Source: Macrostomum lignano (lineage: Eukaryota). From it: a stretch of 64,000 nt of DNA. Under the pieces are notes generated by a model that saw only the letters and a program-made list of their open reading frames with translations, did no database searches and was not told where the DNA came from. The stretch lies in contig NIVC01001322.1 of NCBI GenBank assembly GCA_002269645.1, forward strand, positions 124,001 to 188,000. Direction: 5' to 3'. Below are positions 49,673-62,914 of the stretch, in pieces (positions within the stretch are counted from its first letter, which is position 1; each line of letters opens with the position of its first letter). The translations under genes and the position numbers were made by a program.

Positions 49673-50502
49673 ATGGCTGATGCCCCGGAGCGCATTTATC
49701 CTATTTAAAAAAAATTTATTCCGGAAAAAGGAGACATGATTCAGACGAAAATGAACCCCCGAGAGTGCGCGCAGTAAGGGTGATAGAAACGGCTGACGAG
49801 CCCGAGAAACCCCATCCACGGGAAGAACCGATTACGAAGGAAGAAGAAGGCGAAGGTAGATTAATAATAGATCTGGGAGGCGCAGATCTGGAAGCCGAGA
49901 CAAGGAAGCAGGAAGAAGAGAGAAGAGAAGAGCACGATGAGTTTTTACGAATGTTGCTAGATGTTAGCCTGCCCGATATTGAAGAGGCCTTGAGCCCTGC
50001 CAATGAGGCACCAGTGGCAGAGGAACCACCAAGCAATGATGTCCAAGAGCATAAGCCGGCTCCGGTGGCGGATGAGCCTCCCTTGGATGTCGCCGGACTA
50101 TTTCGAGACGACGCACCACCGCCCAGCAACCAAGACGCAGCGAACGAACCTTCCGGCGCCAGTCCAAGAAAGTTCCGGAAGTGCACAAAGGCCCTGAAAA
50201 GGTGGTTGCTGCAGACCGGCAACACGGGCCGGTACGATCCGACAGTGCCAGCGGCCTGCACACGATTTCTCGCTAAGGCTACGGCGGCGCAGCGCATCCA
50301 GAGCTTAGAGGTGGCCTGCACCTATGCGTTGCAGCATGCAGAGGAACGGGCGAAAGGACCAATATCACCGTACCAGGTGAGTGAACATCTACGCGACCTG
50401 GCAGAATTATTTGACCCGGAAGGCAAGAAAACGCCAGCAACCGGCCTGCTTTACCAGTGTGCGCAGAGGGCGCCAACCTGCCGACCCCTAGGGAATCTTT
50501 GA
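49673..50502 (+). CDS. Gypsy ORF3, unknown non-envelope protein
   Basis: 245-codon open frame after pol (49765-50502). It extends to the ATG at 49673 if one T is restored at 49704-49706. No signal peptide or TM segment seen. Confidence 0.6.
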
Positions 50503-51090
50503 GTTGAAAATTTAATAACCCAGGGATTAACGCTTCCATTGCTGCTATTTTTTTTTTTTGTTATTATTACACAACCACACAGCTTTAACTTTTCTTTTCT
50601 ATGTTGTCTGCATTTTACACAGTGCCATAGTGCCATTTTTTTTTCTTTTTCTCAAATTATTGCACCGCTTCTTGGCCTTATATATATCTTTACATATCGA
50701 TAATATTCAGGAAGGAAACCTATATGGTCATTGCCTATTTCATGAATCCCATTATACTCAATGCTCACATAATATTGCTCAACTAATATTGTATGGCTTA
50801 ATTATTGTCGTTTAATTTTCCTTAATCATGTACTCGTACTGTTTATTACCTTTGCTGATAGTATGCTATTATTACTACCTATACCGTATATTACTAATTA
50901 ATCATACTATGTTCCATACTATGCTATGCTACCATTACTCAGTTATTATTATTGCTTAATCATGCTCATTATATTGCTTATATTTAGTCCATGCATGCCA
51001 CTACTAATACTGTCTGAATTACTTGAAATAAACCCGATATTAACTAAATATGCAAAGGGGTTTGCACATTTTTTTTTAGTGGGGGGTAAG

Positions 51091-51959
51091 TGTAGTAGGG
51101 GGTTTAGTTCAAGCAGTTTTGCTAAGGGCGTTTGCCAAGGTTTCCGATTCGTCGAGATAATTATTTTAGTTTTCCGAAATCGAGAATAAGCAGTTTTGCT
51201 TTTACGCTACTGTTAGTAGTTCACCCTCGGGAAATATCTGAAGTTGTGGGAATTCGAGTATTAGCGGGTTCCTCTATTAGTAAAAGGCTGTTTTTCCTCG
51301 GGAAAAGCATCCGTTCGGGACAATCAGTCAAGGATCCGTTCAGGACCGTCCATCAGGACAATATTTCAGAGACTAAGTCTCAAAGCACAAACTCAAAATA
51401 TAAGGGAGTCTCCCCTTGTATAAAGATAGAAATACTAAAAAAATTCTAAAACAGAAATTAAGGGTAAGTTAGGGTAAAATAGGGAGGCTAAGAAGGAGTC
51501 TACCACTTAGTCAAAACGGAGTCTACCGAAGAATAGGAATAAATTAGGTAACATAGGGAAAGACTAAGGGAGTCTACCATTAGTCTAACTAAGAATCGGA
51601 GTCTACCGAATTGTTAACATAGGGATTAATTGTATACCTTCTTTTGCATATTTGGTTTAATAATATTTCTTTTGTTTGTTTGATCTAAATAATCTTATAT
51701 GAAATTGACTCTTGTCTCACTTATTTTAATTTAACATTAATTATAAGGGGCATTAGTCTGGTGGCAGCGACCTACCAAATAAAAGTACGTAATAGCAGAT
51801 TAGTAGAGCAAAGTAAACCTAAGATCGTAACAACTATTCATCCAATTTAAGGTAGCTAGGAAATCTTCTAGCTTAATCTAAGCCCGGAGTCTCTCGAGCT
51901 TAGATTAATCAAATTAAAAATAAACCAGTAGCCTAAACCGCAGGTACCACGCTTGTCCA
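51091..51959 (+). repeat. Gypsy 3' LTR (869 bp)
   Basis: Direct repeat of the 5' LTR, followed by TSD AAAT. Confidence 0.97.
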
Positions 51960-52246
51960 AAATCGATTTCTCAGAAAGATTTATTAAAACCGAACTGATT
52001 TCTGAGAAATTAAAAAATCCGAAAACAATTCGTTCAGAACTGGCCAGTCTACTTTCATATAATTAACCCCACAGAGCGGTAAATAAATAAAAAACTGACG
52101 CGACCATTTCACAAGTCTGTCGCAAAACTAAAGCTTTTCGCGTCGCCAAAAAATCGGTGCAAAAGAACGCGAAATAGTTGCGGTACAATTTGTTGAACTT
52201 CAAGACGCGAGATAGGAGTGTGGAAGAACAATTAGCTGCAGGATTG

Positions 52247-52919
52247 TCACCGATTTGAGAAGCGCTGACAGTTGCCAGAGCATCCTGTTGTCGGGTGCAG
52301 ACTGAACTCATCTAATAGAGCTAGGCAACGACAAACCGGACAGTCAGATGACAATCGATCCGAGCTGAGCTGACGCAACTGACGGGCAGAATTAGGCGAT
52401 GATGACAGCAGAGAGCTTCGTCTGACCCGACGATTAGAGAAAGTCGTCGTTGTTGCCGTTGAATTGTCGTCGTCAGTGTCGCTGCAACTGCAGCTGCTGC
52501 TGCTGCTGTTTGACGTAGTAGAATCATCAACGGGAGCTGACACCGCGTGCCACACTGCGTGGCTGTATGGCCGTCGGGTGCAGACTCGATCGGACAGACT
52601 CGACAAGCTTATGTCATTCAGTCGGGCATTAGCATTGCTGCTCTCCGTCACAAGAAGGGGCTTAGATTCCAGCTCGAAGCAGCGCTCGCTGCTGTCCGAG
52701 TGTGTCTCCTCGTCCGTGAGCAGAACTCGTTCAGCGATGCCAAATTGCGCCCTGTGACGCTGCGCCAGCGGCGATCCCGGCCTGAAGTCCTGCGGTTGGT
52801 GCAAGCTCGGCTGGAGTTGGACGTGCTGGCGAAGCGGTGGGATACGGCTGACACCTTCCGTAGGTACGGGCCGTTCCTTGCTAAGCGTTGTAGCGTCCTC
52901 TGTGGTGCTTTTAGCCCAC
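52247..52919 (-). CDS. Giant low-complexity protein, last coding exon
   Basis: Acceptor aaaacacag|g at 52920 gives a phase-2 join to the giant exon and reads in frame into the Ser/Thr-rich ORF ending at 52247. Confidence 0.65.
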
Positions 52920-52942
52920 CTGTGTTTTTGAGTAAATTTGTT

Positions 52943-54278
52943 ATCGAGGCTGCTACTGTACTGATATCAAAGCTACGAGTACTACTGTACTGATACCAAA
53001 GCTAATACTGTACTGATACCAAAGCTACTACTGTACTGATATCAAAGCTACTACTGTACTGATACCAAAGCTACTACTGTATTGATACTGAGGCTACTTC
53101 TGTACTGATATCGAGGCTACTACTGTACTGATATCGAGGCTACTGCTGTACTGATATCGAGGCTACTACTGTACTGATATCGAGGCTACTACTGTACTGA
53201 TACCAAGGCTACTTCTGTACTGATACCGAGGCTACTACTGTACTGATACCGAGGCTACTACTGTACTGATACCGAGGCTACTTCTGTACTGATTCCGAGG
53301 CTACTACTGTACTGATATCAAAGCTACTACTGTACTGATACCAAAGCTACTACTGTATTGATACTGAGGCTACTTCTGTACTGATATCGAGGCTACTACT
53401 GTACTGATATCGAGGCTACTGCTGTACTGATATCGAGGCTACTACTGTACTGATATCGAGGCTACTACTGTACTGATATCAAAGCTACTACTGTACTGAT
53501 ATCGAGGCTGCTACTGTACTGATACCGAGGCTACTACTGTACTGATACCGAGGCTACTACTGTACTGATATCAAAGCTACGAGTACTACTGTACTGATAC
53601 CAAAGCTAATACTGTACTGATACCAAAGCTACTACTGTACTGATATCAAAGCTACTACTGTACTGATACCAAAGCTACTACTGTATTGATACTGAGGCTA
53701 CTTCTGTACTGATATCGAGGCTACTACTGTACTGATATCGAGGCTACTGCTGTACTGATATCGAGGCTACTACTGTACTGATATCGAGGCTACTACTGTA
53801 CTGATACCAAGGCTACTTCTGTACTGATACCGAGGCTACTACTGTACTGATACCGAGGCTACTACTGTACTGATACCGAGGCTACTTCTGTACTGATTCC
53901 GAGGCTACTACTGTACTGATATCAAAGCTACTACTGTACTGATACCAAAGCTACTACTGTATTGATACTGAGGCTACTTCTGTACTGATATCGAGGCTAC
54001 TACTGTACTGATATCGAGGCTACTGCTGTACTGATATCGAGGCTACTACTGTACTGATATCGAGGCTACTACTGTACTGATATCAAAGCTACTACTGTAC
54101 TGATATCGAGGCTGCTACTGTACTGATACCGAGGCTACTACTGTACTGATACCGAGGCTACTTCTGTACTGATTCCGAGGCTACTACTGTACTGATATCA
54201 AAGCTACTACTGTACTGATATCAAGGCTACTGCTGTACTGATACCGAGGCTACTGCTGTACTGATATCAAGTCTACTA
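52943..54278. repeat. 23-bp minisatellite GAGGCTACTACTGTACTGATATC filling an intron
   Basis: About 58 copies with a roughly 600-bp block duplication; occupies nearly all of intron 52920-54288. Confidence 0.97.
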
Positions 54279-54288
54279 CGAGACTTAC

Positions 54289-57200
54289 CTGTCAGGATTC
54301 ACCAGCCTATGCTGCTCCGCAATATCGCTGCCGCCGCTACTGAAGGGACCAGGAGTGCTACTTGTTCGACGAGATCGACTAGACGCATCGCTAACGATAT
54401 GCAACACTGGACGACTGCTCGAAGGTGGAGCAGTGCTCAGCGGCGATTGATCCCGATAGAGTTCGCTTGGTTTCTTTTTATCACTTTCGCCAGTGTAACT
54501 CTGTCCAAGTCGAGCCTCTGGCGACTGATCTACCGATGTTGTCGGCATTGATAGACCAACTGGAGTGCGACTGTTGACTGGCGGTTGCTGCGGTTTGATT
54601 CCATCGGGACCCCGCGATGGTATCGTCGTGCTGTCGAACTCTGAAGCGTACCCAGTTCGGTTGTCACTGGCTGATAGTGGAGTGGTAGTTTCTAGTTCAG
54701 TGCGTAGCGGTTGGCCAGTCCCGGAGTCTGGATTATATGGATCGGCTCTGGTATTGATGAGCCTTTTTTCTGGGTCTTGTTGAAGCCCAGCTCGACTATC
54801 AGTGCTCGGCGATAATCCCGTACTGCTAGCAGGCTGAAACCGAGTCGCACTTTCTGTGCCTATTAAAGCTCCAGTCTTTGTGTCACTACCGAACGGCTTT
54901 GTTGTCGATTGGGGCGACATTGAATCCTCATCTTTTATTGGGCTATTGAATTTGACTTCCGGAGCTGTTCTCAAAATAGGTTGATTTTGACCCAACCCAT
55001 TCTTGCTGTCGGTGCTTGGAGAAAACGCAGTGCTGCCACCAGTCCTGCTGTCTACTTGTATTGGCAGATCAGTCCTGTTGTCCACTGCTGCTGGAAGACC
55101 AGTCCTGCTGTCCACTGCTGCTGGAAGATCAGTCCTGTTGTCCACTGCTGCTGGAAGACCAGTCCTGCTGTCCACTGCTGCTGGAAGACCAGTCCTGTTG
55201 TCCACTGCTGCTGGAAGACCAGTCCCGTTGTCTACTGCTGCTGGAAGACCAGTCCTGTTGTCAACTGCTGCTGGAAGACCAGTCCTGCTGTCCACTGCTG
55301 CTGGAAGATCAGTCCTGCCGTCCACACCAGTCGGTTGACCAGTCCTGCCGTCCACACCAGTCGGTTGACCAGTCCTGCTATCTACACCTGATGGTTGACC
55401 AGTCCTGCTATCTACACCTGATGGTTGACCAGTCCTGCCGTCCACACCAAATGGTTGACCAGTCCTGCCGTCCACACCAGTTGGTTGACCAGTCCTGCTA
55501 TCCACATCAGATGGTTGAACAGTCCTGCCGTCCACACTAGTCGGTTGACCAGTCCTGCCGTCCACACCAGTCGGTTGACCAGTCCTGCCGTCCACACCAG
55601 TCGGTTGACCAGTCCTGCCGTCCACACCAGTCGGTTGACCAGTCCTGCCGTCCACACCAAATGGTTGACCAGTCCTGCCGTCCACACCAAATGGTTGACC
55701 AGTCCTGCCGTCCACACCAGTTGGTTGACCAGTCCTGCTATCCACATCAGATGGTTGAACAGTCCTGCCGTCCACACTAGTCGGTTGACCAGTCCTGCCG
55801 TCCACACCAGTCGGTTGACCAGTCCTGCCGTCCACACCAGTCGGTTGACCAGTCCTGCCGTCCACACCAGTCGGTTGACCAGTCCTGCCGTCCACACCAA
55901 ATGGTTGACCAGTCCTGCCGTCCACACCAAATGGTTGACCAGTCCTGCCGTCCACACCAGTTGGTTGACCAGTCCTGCTATCCACATCAGATGGTTGACA
56001 AGTCCTGCCGTCCACACCAGTCGGTTGACCAGTCCTGCCGTCCACACCAGTCGGTTGACCAGTCCTGCCGTCCACACCAGTCGGTTGACCAGTCCTGCCG
56101 TCCACACCAAATGGTTGACCAGTCCTGCCGTCCACACCAAATGGTTGACCAGTCCTGCCGTCCACACCAGTTGGTTGACCAGTCCTGCTATCCACATCAG
56201 ATGGTTGACCAGTCCTGCCGTCCACACTAAATGGTTGACCAGTCCTGCCGTCCACACCAGTTGGTTGACCAGTCCTGCTATACACACCAGTTGGTTGACC
56301 AGTCCTGCTATCCACATCAGATGGTTGACCAGTCCTGCTATCCACATCTGATGGTTGACCAGTCCTGCTATCCACACCAGATGGTTGACCAGTCCTGCCG
56401 TCCACACCAGCTGGTTGACCAGTCCTGCTATCCTCACCAGATGGTTGGCCAGTCCTGCCATCCATCGCTGTCGGGATACCAGGCTTACTGTCCACAGCTG
56501 ATGCTTGATCAGTCCTGCTGTCCACTTGTGTTGGAAGACCAGTTCTGTCATCTACTAATGTCGGGAGATCCGTCTTGCTTTCCCCATCAGATTGGAGACC
56601 AGCCCTGTGGTCTGCTGTTGGAAGACCAGCTCTGCGGTTCTCTGTTGGGAGACCAGTCTTACTGTCCAAAACCGATGTTAGACTAGTTCTTCCGTCCGCA
56701 CCAGTAGGTGGATCAGTTCCGTGCGAGCCAGTGTGTTCATTTGCTTCCGAAAAAAAACTGTTTGGCGTTTCTATTCCCGCTGTTTGGTTAGTCCTTACAG
56801 ATTGAACAGGCATGCCTTCACTGCTTGTCTGACCTCCTGTTTTAACTCCAGTGCTTGTTGGAACTGGAGTTTTATATTCACTGCTCTGCAAAACCTCAGT
56901 TCTGCTGTCACTGTTTGTGGGAAATATCGTTCGACTGTCGCTGCTCACAAGCTGCTCACCAAGCTGCTCGTCGCGGCTCTCGGTTGCAGACGAATCAATT
57001 GTTGCCGTGCTGCGTTGCAGTGCATCTTTGCTGTCACTTTCTGCATTAGTTTCTGCTTTCTGATCTTCTGGTCGAGCTAGTGAGACACCTTTAGCTGGAA
57101 CGACACCTGAGTCTGTACCACCTGCTCTGTGCGAGTATCCCTCCATAGCCGGCGCTTGAACTTCAGCAGCGGATGGTGTTCCCCACCTACTGTCACTCAC

Positions 57201-60200
57201 TGCCTTGGTTTCAAATTGGTCTTTTGAAACCATTCCCGGTGTGCTTAGTCTTTCTTCACTGATCGAAGATAAACCTTTTTGCTGCGGCTCAGATTCTGAA
57301 CGAACGATACCATGCTTGTCGGGCTGAGAAGTGTCATCTGATGGTAAACTCTTTTCTGCCAGTTGGTTAGTGAACTTGTCAGGCTGGTTGTCTGTCTCAG
57401 AATAGACGGGTTTGTCCACCTGGTCTATATTATCAGCAGGTTGGTATCCAGTGTGACTGTCTTGCTTCAGCTGTTTAGACTGATAGTCGGGATTTTCATC
57501 TAAGGAAGTCTGAAAAGCTTCTTGTTGCCCAGGCTCGTTCCCGTATGTCGCCTGGGCAGGCGCGTATTCAGAGCTGCTGGCGGGAAAATTACCAGGTCCA
57601 CTTTCAATTTTTTGTAGTTGAGGCTGATATTTTGTTCCATCATCGAGCATGCTTGTGGCAGGTTGACTTTCGGGTCCACTGTCAGATAGCTGCTGGTCAG
57701 GCTGGAATTCTTGACTTCTGTCAGTGATTGATGCAGCGTGTTCATGGTGCGGGGCTTTTTCCTCAGATGCTGCAGCTGGCTGGTATTCAGTTCTACCGTC
57801 AGGAGATGTTATGGAAATTTGTGGGAGTTTTCCCTCAGTTTCTGCCAGCTTTCGGTATCCAGGTCTCTCGTCGAGAGCAGTTGCGGAAGGTGCCTCTTTA
57901 AAATCTGTCGCTGAAGGTTGGTAAAAAGGTCTTCCATCAGGTGTTGTAGCATCCGGCTGGTTTGCAGATTTACCGTCGGGTGGTATCGTATGATTGTATT
58001 CAGGTCTTCCGTCCGGTGTTGCTTCAGGCTGTAATTCGAGTCTAGTTTCAGGAGTTTCAGCCATAGGCTGATATCCAAGTCCACTTTGAGATGGTGCAGA
58101 AGGTTGGGTTTCAAGTTTACTATCAGAAGATTGGTATCCTGGTCTCTCATCGGGTATGATTGCAGGTCGGTGCACTCCGGATTCAGACTGGAAATCAGGT
58201 CTCCCTTCGGTTGTTGCATCAGGTTGATATTCAGGTCTTCCAACAGCTGTTACGTCACTTTGGTATCCAGTTCTCGGCTGGAATCGTTCAATTTCATCGA
58301 CTGCTGCTGCACCAAAATTGTCTGCAGGCTTTACAGCAGATGCTTCACCCAATTTGTATCTGTGGCCTTCGCCAGAGGTCGCATCCGTTTGGTATTCAAG
58401 TCTTTTATCAAATGGTATAGCAGGTTGGGATCCAGGTGTTTCATCGGGCGTTGTTGAAGGTTCTAGTTCCGTTCTTGCATCTATTTCTGTTGTTTCTTGT
58501 TGCTTTTCGGGTCTCTCGTTTGTTTCTGTAACATTTTTATATTCAGGTGCTGTTTGGTAGTCAGCTCTAGCTGGTGTAGACACTGCAGGTTGATATCCGG
58601 GAACGTTTCCAACTTTGAGTTTGGTATCGAGTTCACTGCCGCCAGTTGCCTGACCTTGAAGTTGGTAATCCTCGGTTGGCTCTATTTGTTGATAGTCCTG
58701 TCTGTTTTCCTGCGCTTGCTGAGCAGGCTGTTGGATCGATTTGTTTTTTAGGGCGTCATTTTCAGGTATATAACCTGTGGAACCATCTGCTAAGTTTTGC
58801 GGCTTTGCCGGAGTCGTTTCACTGTAGTCCTGCGACAACTGCTGCGCTGGCTGTAATCCGATCTTATTAACATTAACCGCAATTTCATGCCCATGCTCTG
58901 GTCTTGAGACCACCGAAGCAGCAATTCCGGCTGGCGTCTTTTTAAGCTCGCTAAGCGACAGCTCCGGCTTGTAAATTTTGCTGGTTCTTTTCACAAGCTG
59001 TTCGGTTTGGTATTCTCCTTTGGCTGCTGGATCATTTCCCGATCCTGCCCCTGAAACTGAGTTATCTGTCTCGTACTCCAGTTTTTCAGTCCTCGGAACT
59101 CCTGTTCCAAGGACCGTCTTTGCTGCGTATTTTTGCGATATAGGATCACTTTCCGATGCTGGTTGGTTGCTGGGTATGGACTTTTCAGACTTCTCGTACA
59201 CATATGGCGCGCTGTCTTTGAAGAAATGACTAGGTTGGTAGCCCATATTTTGCCGATCGTACACTTGCTGGCCAGGGTGATTCTCCGGTGTAGTTTGATC
59301 TTGAGCACCTGAACCAAGTTGGTAACTACCTGACATAGTCTTGTGCGCGTACTGAATCTGTTTGTATCCGAGTGACTTGCTATCCATTGCAGATTCGTTT
59401 GGTAATTTTCCGACTTGCGCTGTTCCTTGGCCGATATCAGTAGCTGTAGTCTCCAACTGACTGTGTGGCCTGCTTCCAAACTCAATCGTCATGGACTCTT
59501 TATTATCAAAAAGGCTATTTGGTCGACCATAGAACTGCGAAAATGAGTAACTATTTGGTCTACTACTAACGTATGGTTCCCCAGAATGGTCCAGCTCATT
59601 CTTGTGCAAACTTTGTTGTTGTTCCTGAGCTGCCGCCCCTGCATCTGCAAGGGGGCTGCGTAGAGCTGTTTGTTCATTTTGATAGTCGGTGAAAGATTCA
59701 GTGTGACTTCGGCGAGACACGTACTCAGACTTGTCAATAGTCAGTGTTCCGCCCTCCGACTCAAACTTCAGACTGTTGTATCTTTGATAGCTTTCCTGGC
59801 TGGTTTTGTTAAATTGAAGAGCAGCTGTAAATGCATCGTTATCTTCCCTGATAACAGGAATTGATCTGATGTCGGCTGTTGAACTGGCTTTGCCGTTTTC
59901 AAAGCATGTGCTTGAACCTTTCTCAGCAGCTTTGAAGCTTTTTTCAGCTATGCTCGAGCGCCGTTGTTCAGTTCCTGAATATCCCGGCTTCATCTGCGTT
60001 ATCTTGTTAAATCCGTCCCTCTTGCCGGCAATACTTGGCCTTCTGCTGCCGTCAGATCCGATGCTTAGCTGGCTAGTACGATTACCTACGGCCCCAGGTG
60101 GATAAATTGGTCCACAGGTTTCAGATGTGACGCTGCCGCGATGCTGCTTCAACCTGTCGTCAGTGTCTGGCGATTTTTCAACAATCGCACCTGGTGGCAA

Positions 60201-62797
60201 TAGCGGTCTTTCGCAAGTCCCAGGAGATATGCCTGTCGGAGATACTGCCGCGTCCAGCATTTGACTTCGTCTTCTTTGTTCTGCCCCCGGTGGATAGTAG
60301 ATCTTTGCTGGAGTTGGGCCTGAGCCTGGCGGAATAGAGCTTTGCGGTGGTTTGCTCTCGTTGTCGACAGGTTTATCAACTACTGCACGAGAAGGATGCG
60401 ACTCGTCACCTTCAGGTGGCTGTTTTGCAAGTTTTCCCGCATCTTCGGGCACATCCTCTGTAATATTGGTTGCAGTTTCAAGCTGCTGTGTGGTTTCTTG
60501 TTTTGGAGCTGGCTGAGTATCAGTCCGTCTGAGGTGCTCTGACTCAGGGCTGGTATCTGGTTGCTGACTTCGTTGCGCACTGTCTTTATTGATCTTTTCT
60601 TGCGGAATTCCTCTATCATCTAGACCAAAATTTCCTTCTCCTGAATTTTCTGGATGTGTACTTTCTGTGCCAGTTGAAAATTTACTTGGAAGCTTGTCGA
60701 ATTCATCAGCAGACACCTTCGGTTTATGATCAGTGCCTTGATTTTCAAGAGCCAACTTTTCCTCAACATCACGTTGCCTGACATCATCCGCGGCGCTGGT
60801 TTTTGATTCACCGCTCGTTTCCATCGGTTTCGCCTGCTTTGTGTCGCTTTTAGGGCTTTGTAGGTCTAAATTTTCGCCATCATTGGCTTTATCCGCAGAT
60901 TCTTCAGCAGCAGCAGCCTCTGCTCGCGAGTCTGACGCTTTTGACTCTGCTACGTCATCACGTTGCGGCCGCTTGTGAAGCTGCGTCTGTCCAGCGCCTT
61001 CTAAACTGTCAACAATGGTCTCTTGCTGGCTCAACTGTTGAGACTTTCCTTGCTGCCCGTCACTGGGAGCTTCAATTCGTTGATATTCATCGCTGTCGCT
61101 GGGCAGTGCGTCTCTGGACTTAGCTTCTGTTAACTCTTGATTCTCAGTAGTCGGTCGTGACACTTCAGCAGCGGAATCTGTCGGTGGTACTGGCACATTC
61201 TTCGTGATCGGAGCAGTGTCTACTTCACTGGAAGGTTGCACGTTGTCGTCCACTGGTTTGGGCTTGGGGCCAACATCTGGCGCACTCTGGACACTGTCTT
61301 GAGCATTTCCAACGGGCCTATCCTCCTCACTGATTTTTCGTGGGTTTTCTGCCAGCGCCAAATCAGTGGCGATTTCTTTAGCGGGTTCTTTACTGTGAAC
61401 TCCGTCCTCTTCATTTATTTTAGGTATTTTCCCGTAAACTTGTTTATCATCCTTCTTTTCTGTGCTCCCATCTCTGCCTTTGTCAATAAAAAGTTTATCA
61501 TCTCTGTCCTTCTCATGGCCAGCTTTCGTTGTGCTGTCTAAGTATTTGTCAGTGCCATAACTGGAATCGGTCTGAGGTTCATGCCCATCAATATATCCCA
61601 TCGGCAGTTTATCGCTTTTGTCCCGCAACGACGAGCGTCTCTTTAGACCACGTTTAGTGACGTTCGGTTCACCGAGCTTTGAATATCTATAATCGTATTC
61701 TGTAGAGTAGCCTAGCTTGTTGGCGCTGGGCCTTTCGCTCCATTGTTCGTAATTCCACTCTTTGCCTTGGCTTGGATCAGTGACAAGATCAGCAAATTTG
61801 CCTTCGGCTCTGCCAGAATACTTGCCAACCGACACTTTGTCCGTCCAGCCGCCGTACTGTTCCACCAATTCATTGTCTCTTAAGGGATCCGGCATTCCTG
61901 CTTTGTCGAAATCTGCAACATCGTCGTATTTCTGCGAAGTCTTGCTACTGAGTCGATCATGCTGTCCAAGGCTACCTCTCTGATAGTATCTGTCTGGATG
62001 CTTTTCACCGTCGGGATCGAGCTTTGTGCCTTTAAAGCGATCGTTTAGGTAATCTGGCTGGGCTTTGTTGCGATCATATGGTAGAGCACCTGTCTGCGGC
62101 TGGCTTTCGGGTATTTTGTTGTATTTCGTATCAGTTCTCCAGTTTTCAAACGAAGAGCCGTACTTTCCATACTTCTCGCCCGTGCGAAATTGACCAGATT
62201 GACCATCATATTCAGTTGGCGCCTTGAACTGATCTCTAGGCCTATGTTTATCAGCCAACGTACCATTAGTCCATTGACCTTCGTTTGCGTCCGCTGCAGC
62301 TGCATAGTCTCTAGGAAGGTGGTTGCCACGTCTCTTGTAATCATTTGGTAAACTTCCCGCTCTTTGTGTTCCCGGATAATTGTCTGTTTCAGGTCTCAGC
62401 TTGTTGCCAGGAAACTGCTGATGCAGCTGCCACGGGGCGTTAAACATCGGTCTCAGGGCAGCTGACTCCAAATCACCTGAGCGCCTTCTACTGCGGTCAA
62501 AACCTTCATGTCGTTGCCGTCTTAAATAGTCTTGTTCTTGCTGCTGCTGCTGTTGTTGCTGCTGCTGCTGTTGTTGTTGATCTTGCAATTGTTCCTGTTG
62601 CTGCTGTTGAAGACTATACCGCCTTGAGCGCCTAGACTTGTCTACCGGCTCGTTACGTTCCATGTAAGCAACAGAGTCATCGGGATGGCAGCAGGTCGCG
62701 TACACGTCCACTTGGTGTCTGTGCCGTGGTTGCTGCAATTCTCCAGGACAATCTGAAACGCACGTCATGCGTCTCGTGTGACAGACCGACGCTTCGT
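54289..62797 (-). CDS. Giant 8.5-kb exon of a disordered repeat-rich protein (polyQ; 10-aa GQPTGVDGRT and TGLPAAVDNR repeats)
   Basis: 2841-codon ORF, mostly non-repetitive, so not a repeat artefact. Acceptor tttgcag|ac (62798, phase 1) and donor ag|GTAAGT (54288, phase 2). No recognised domain. Confidence 0.85.
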
Positions 62798-62914
62798 CTG
62801 CAAACAGCAATATGACACAAATTGAGCAATTATTTTACATTGGTCGACGAATAAATAAGAAGAATTAATTACAAAATATTGATGAACCGAATATTCTTAA
62901 AAGTATAAACTTAC

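Larger units (their letters stand above)
42972..51959 (+). mobile_element. Full-length Ty3/Gypsy LTR retrotransposon, very recent
   Basis: LTRs 42972-43841 and 51091-51959 (TG...CA) look identical by eye except one G in a G-run. 4-bp TSD AAAT (42968-42971 / 51960-51963), PBS TGGTGGCAGC (43844), PPT GGGGGGTAAG (51081-51090). Confidence 0.97.

Noticed and set aside
49765-50502. Calling Gypsy ORF3 an env gene
   Set aside because: No signal peptide, furin site plus fusion peptide, or transmembrane anchor visible.
54981-56686. Long + strand and alternate-frame ORFs (WLTSPAVHT, VDQSCRPH, LVWTAGLVNH)
   Set aside because: Shadows of the 30-bp coding repeat of the giant - strand exon.
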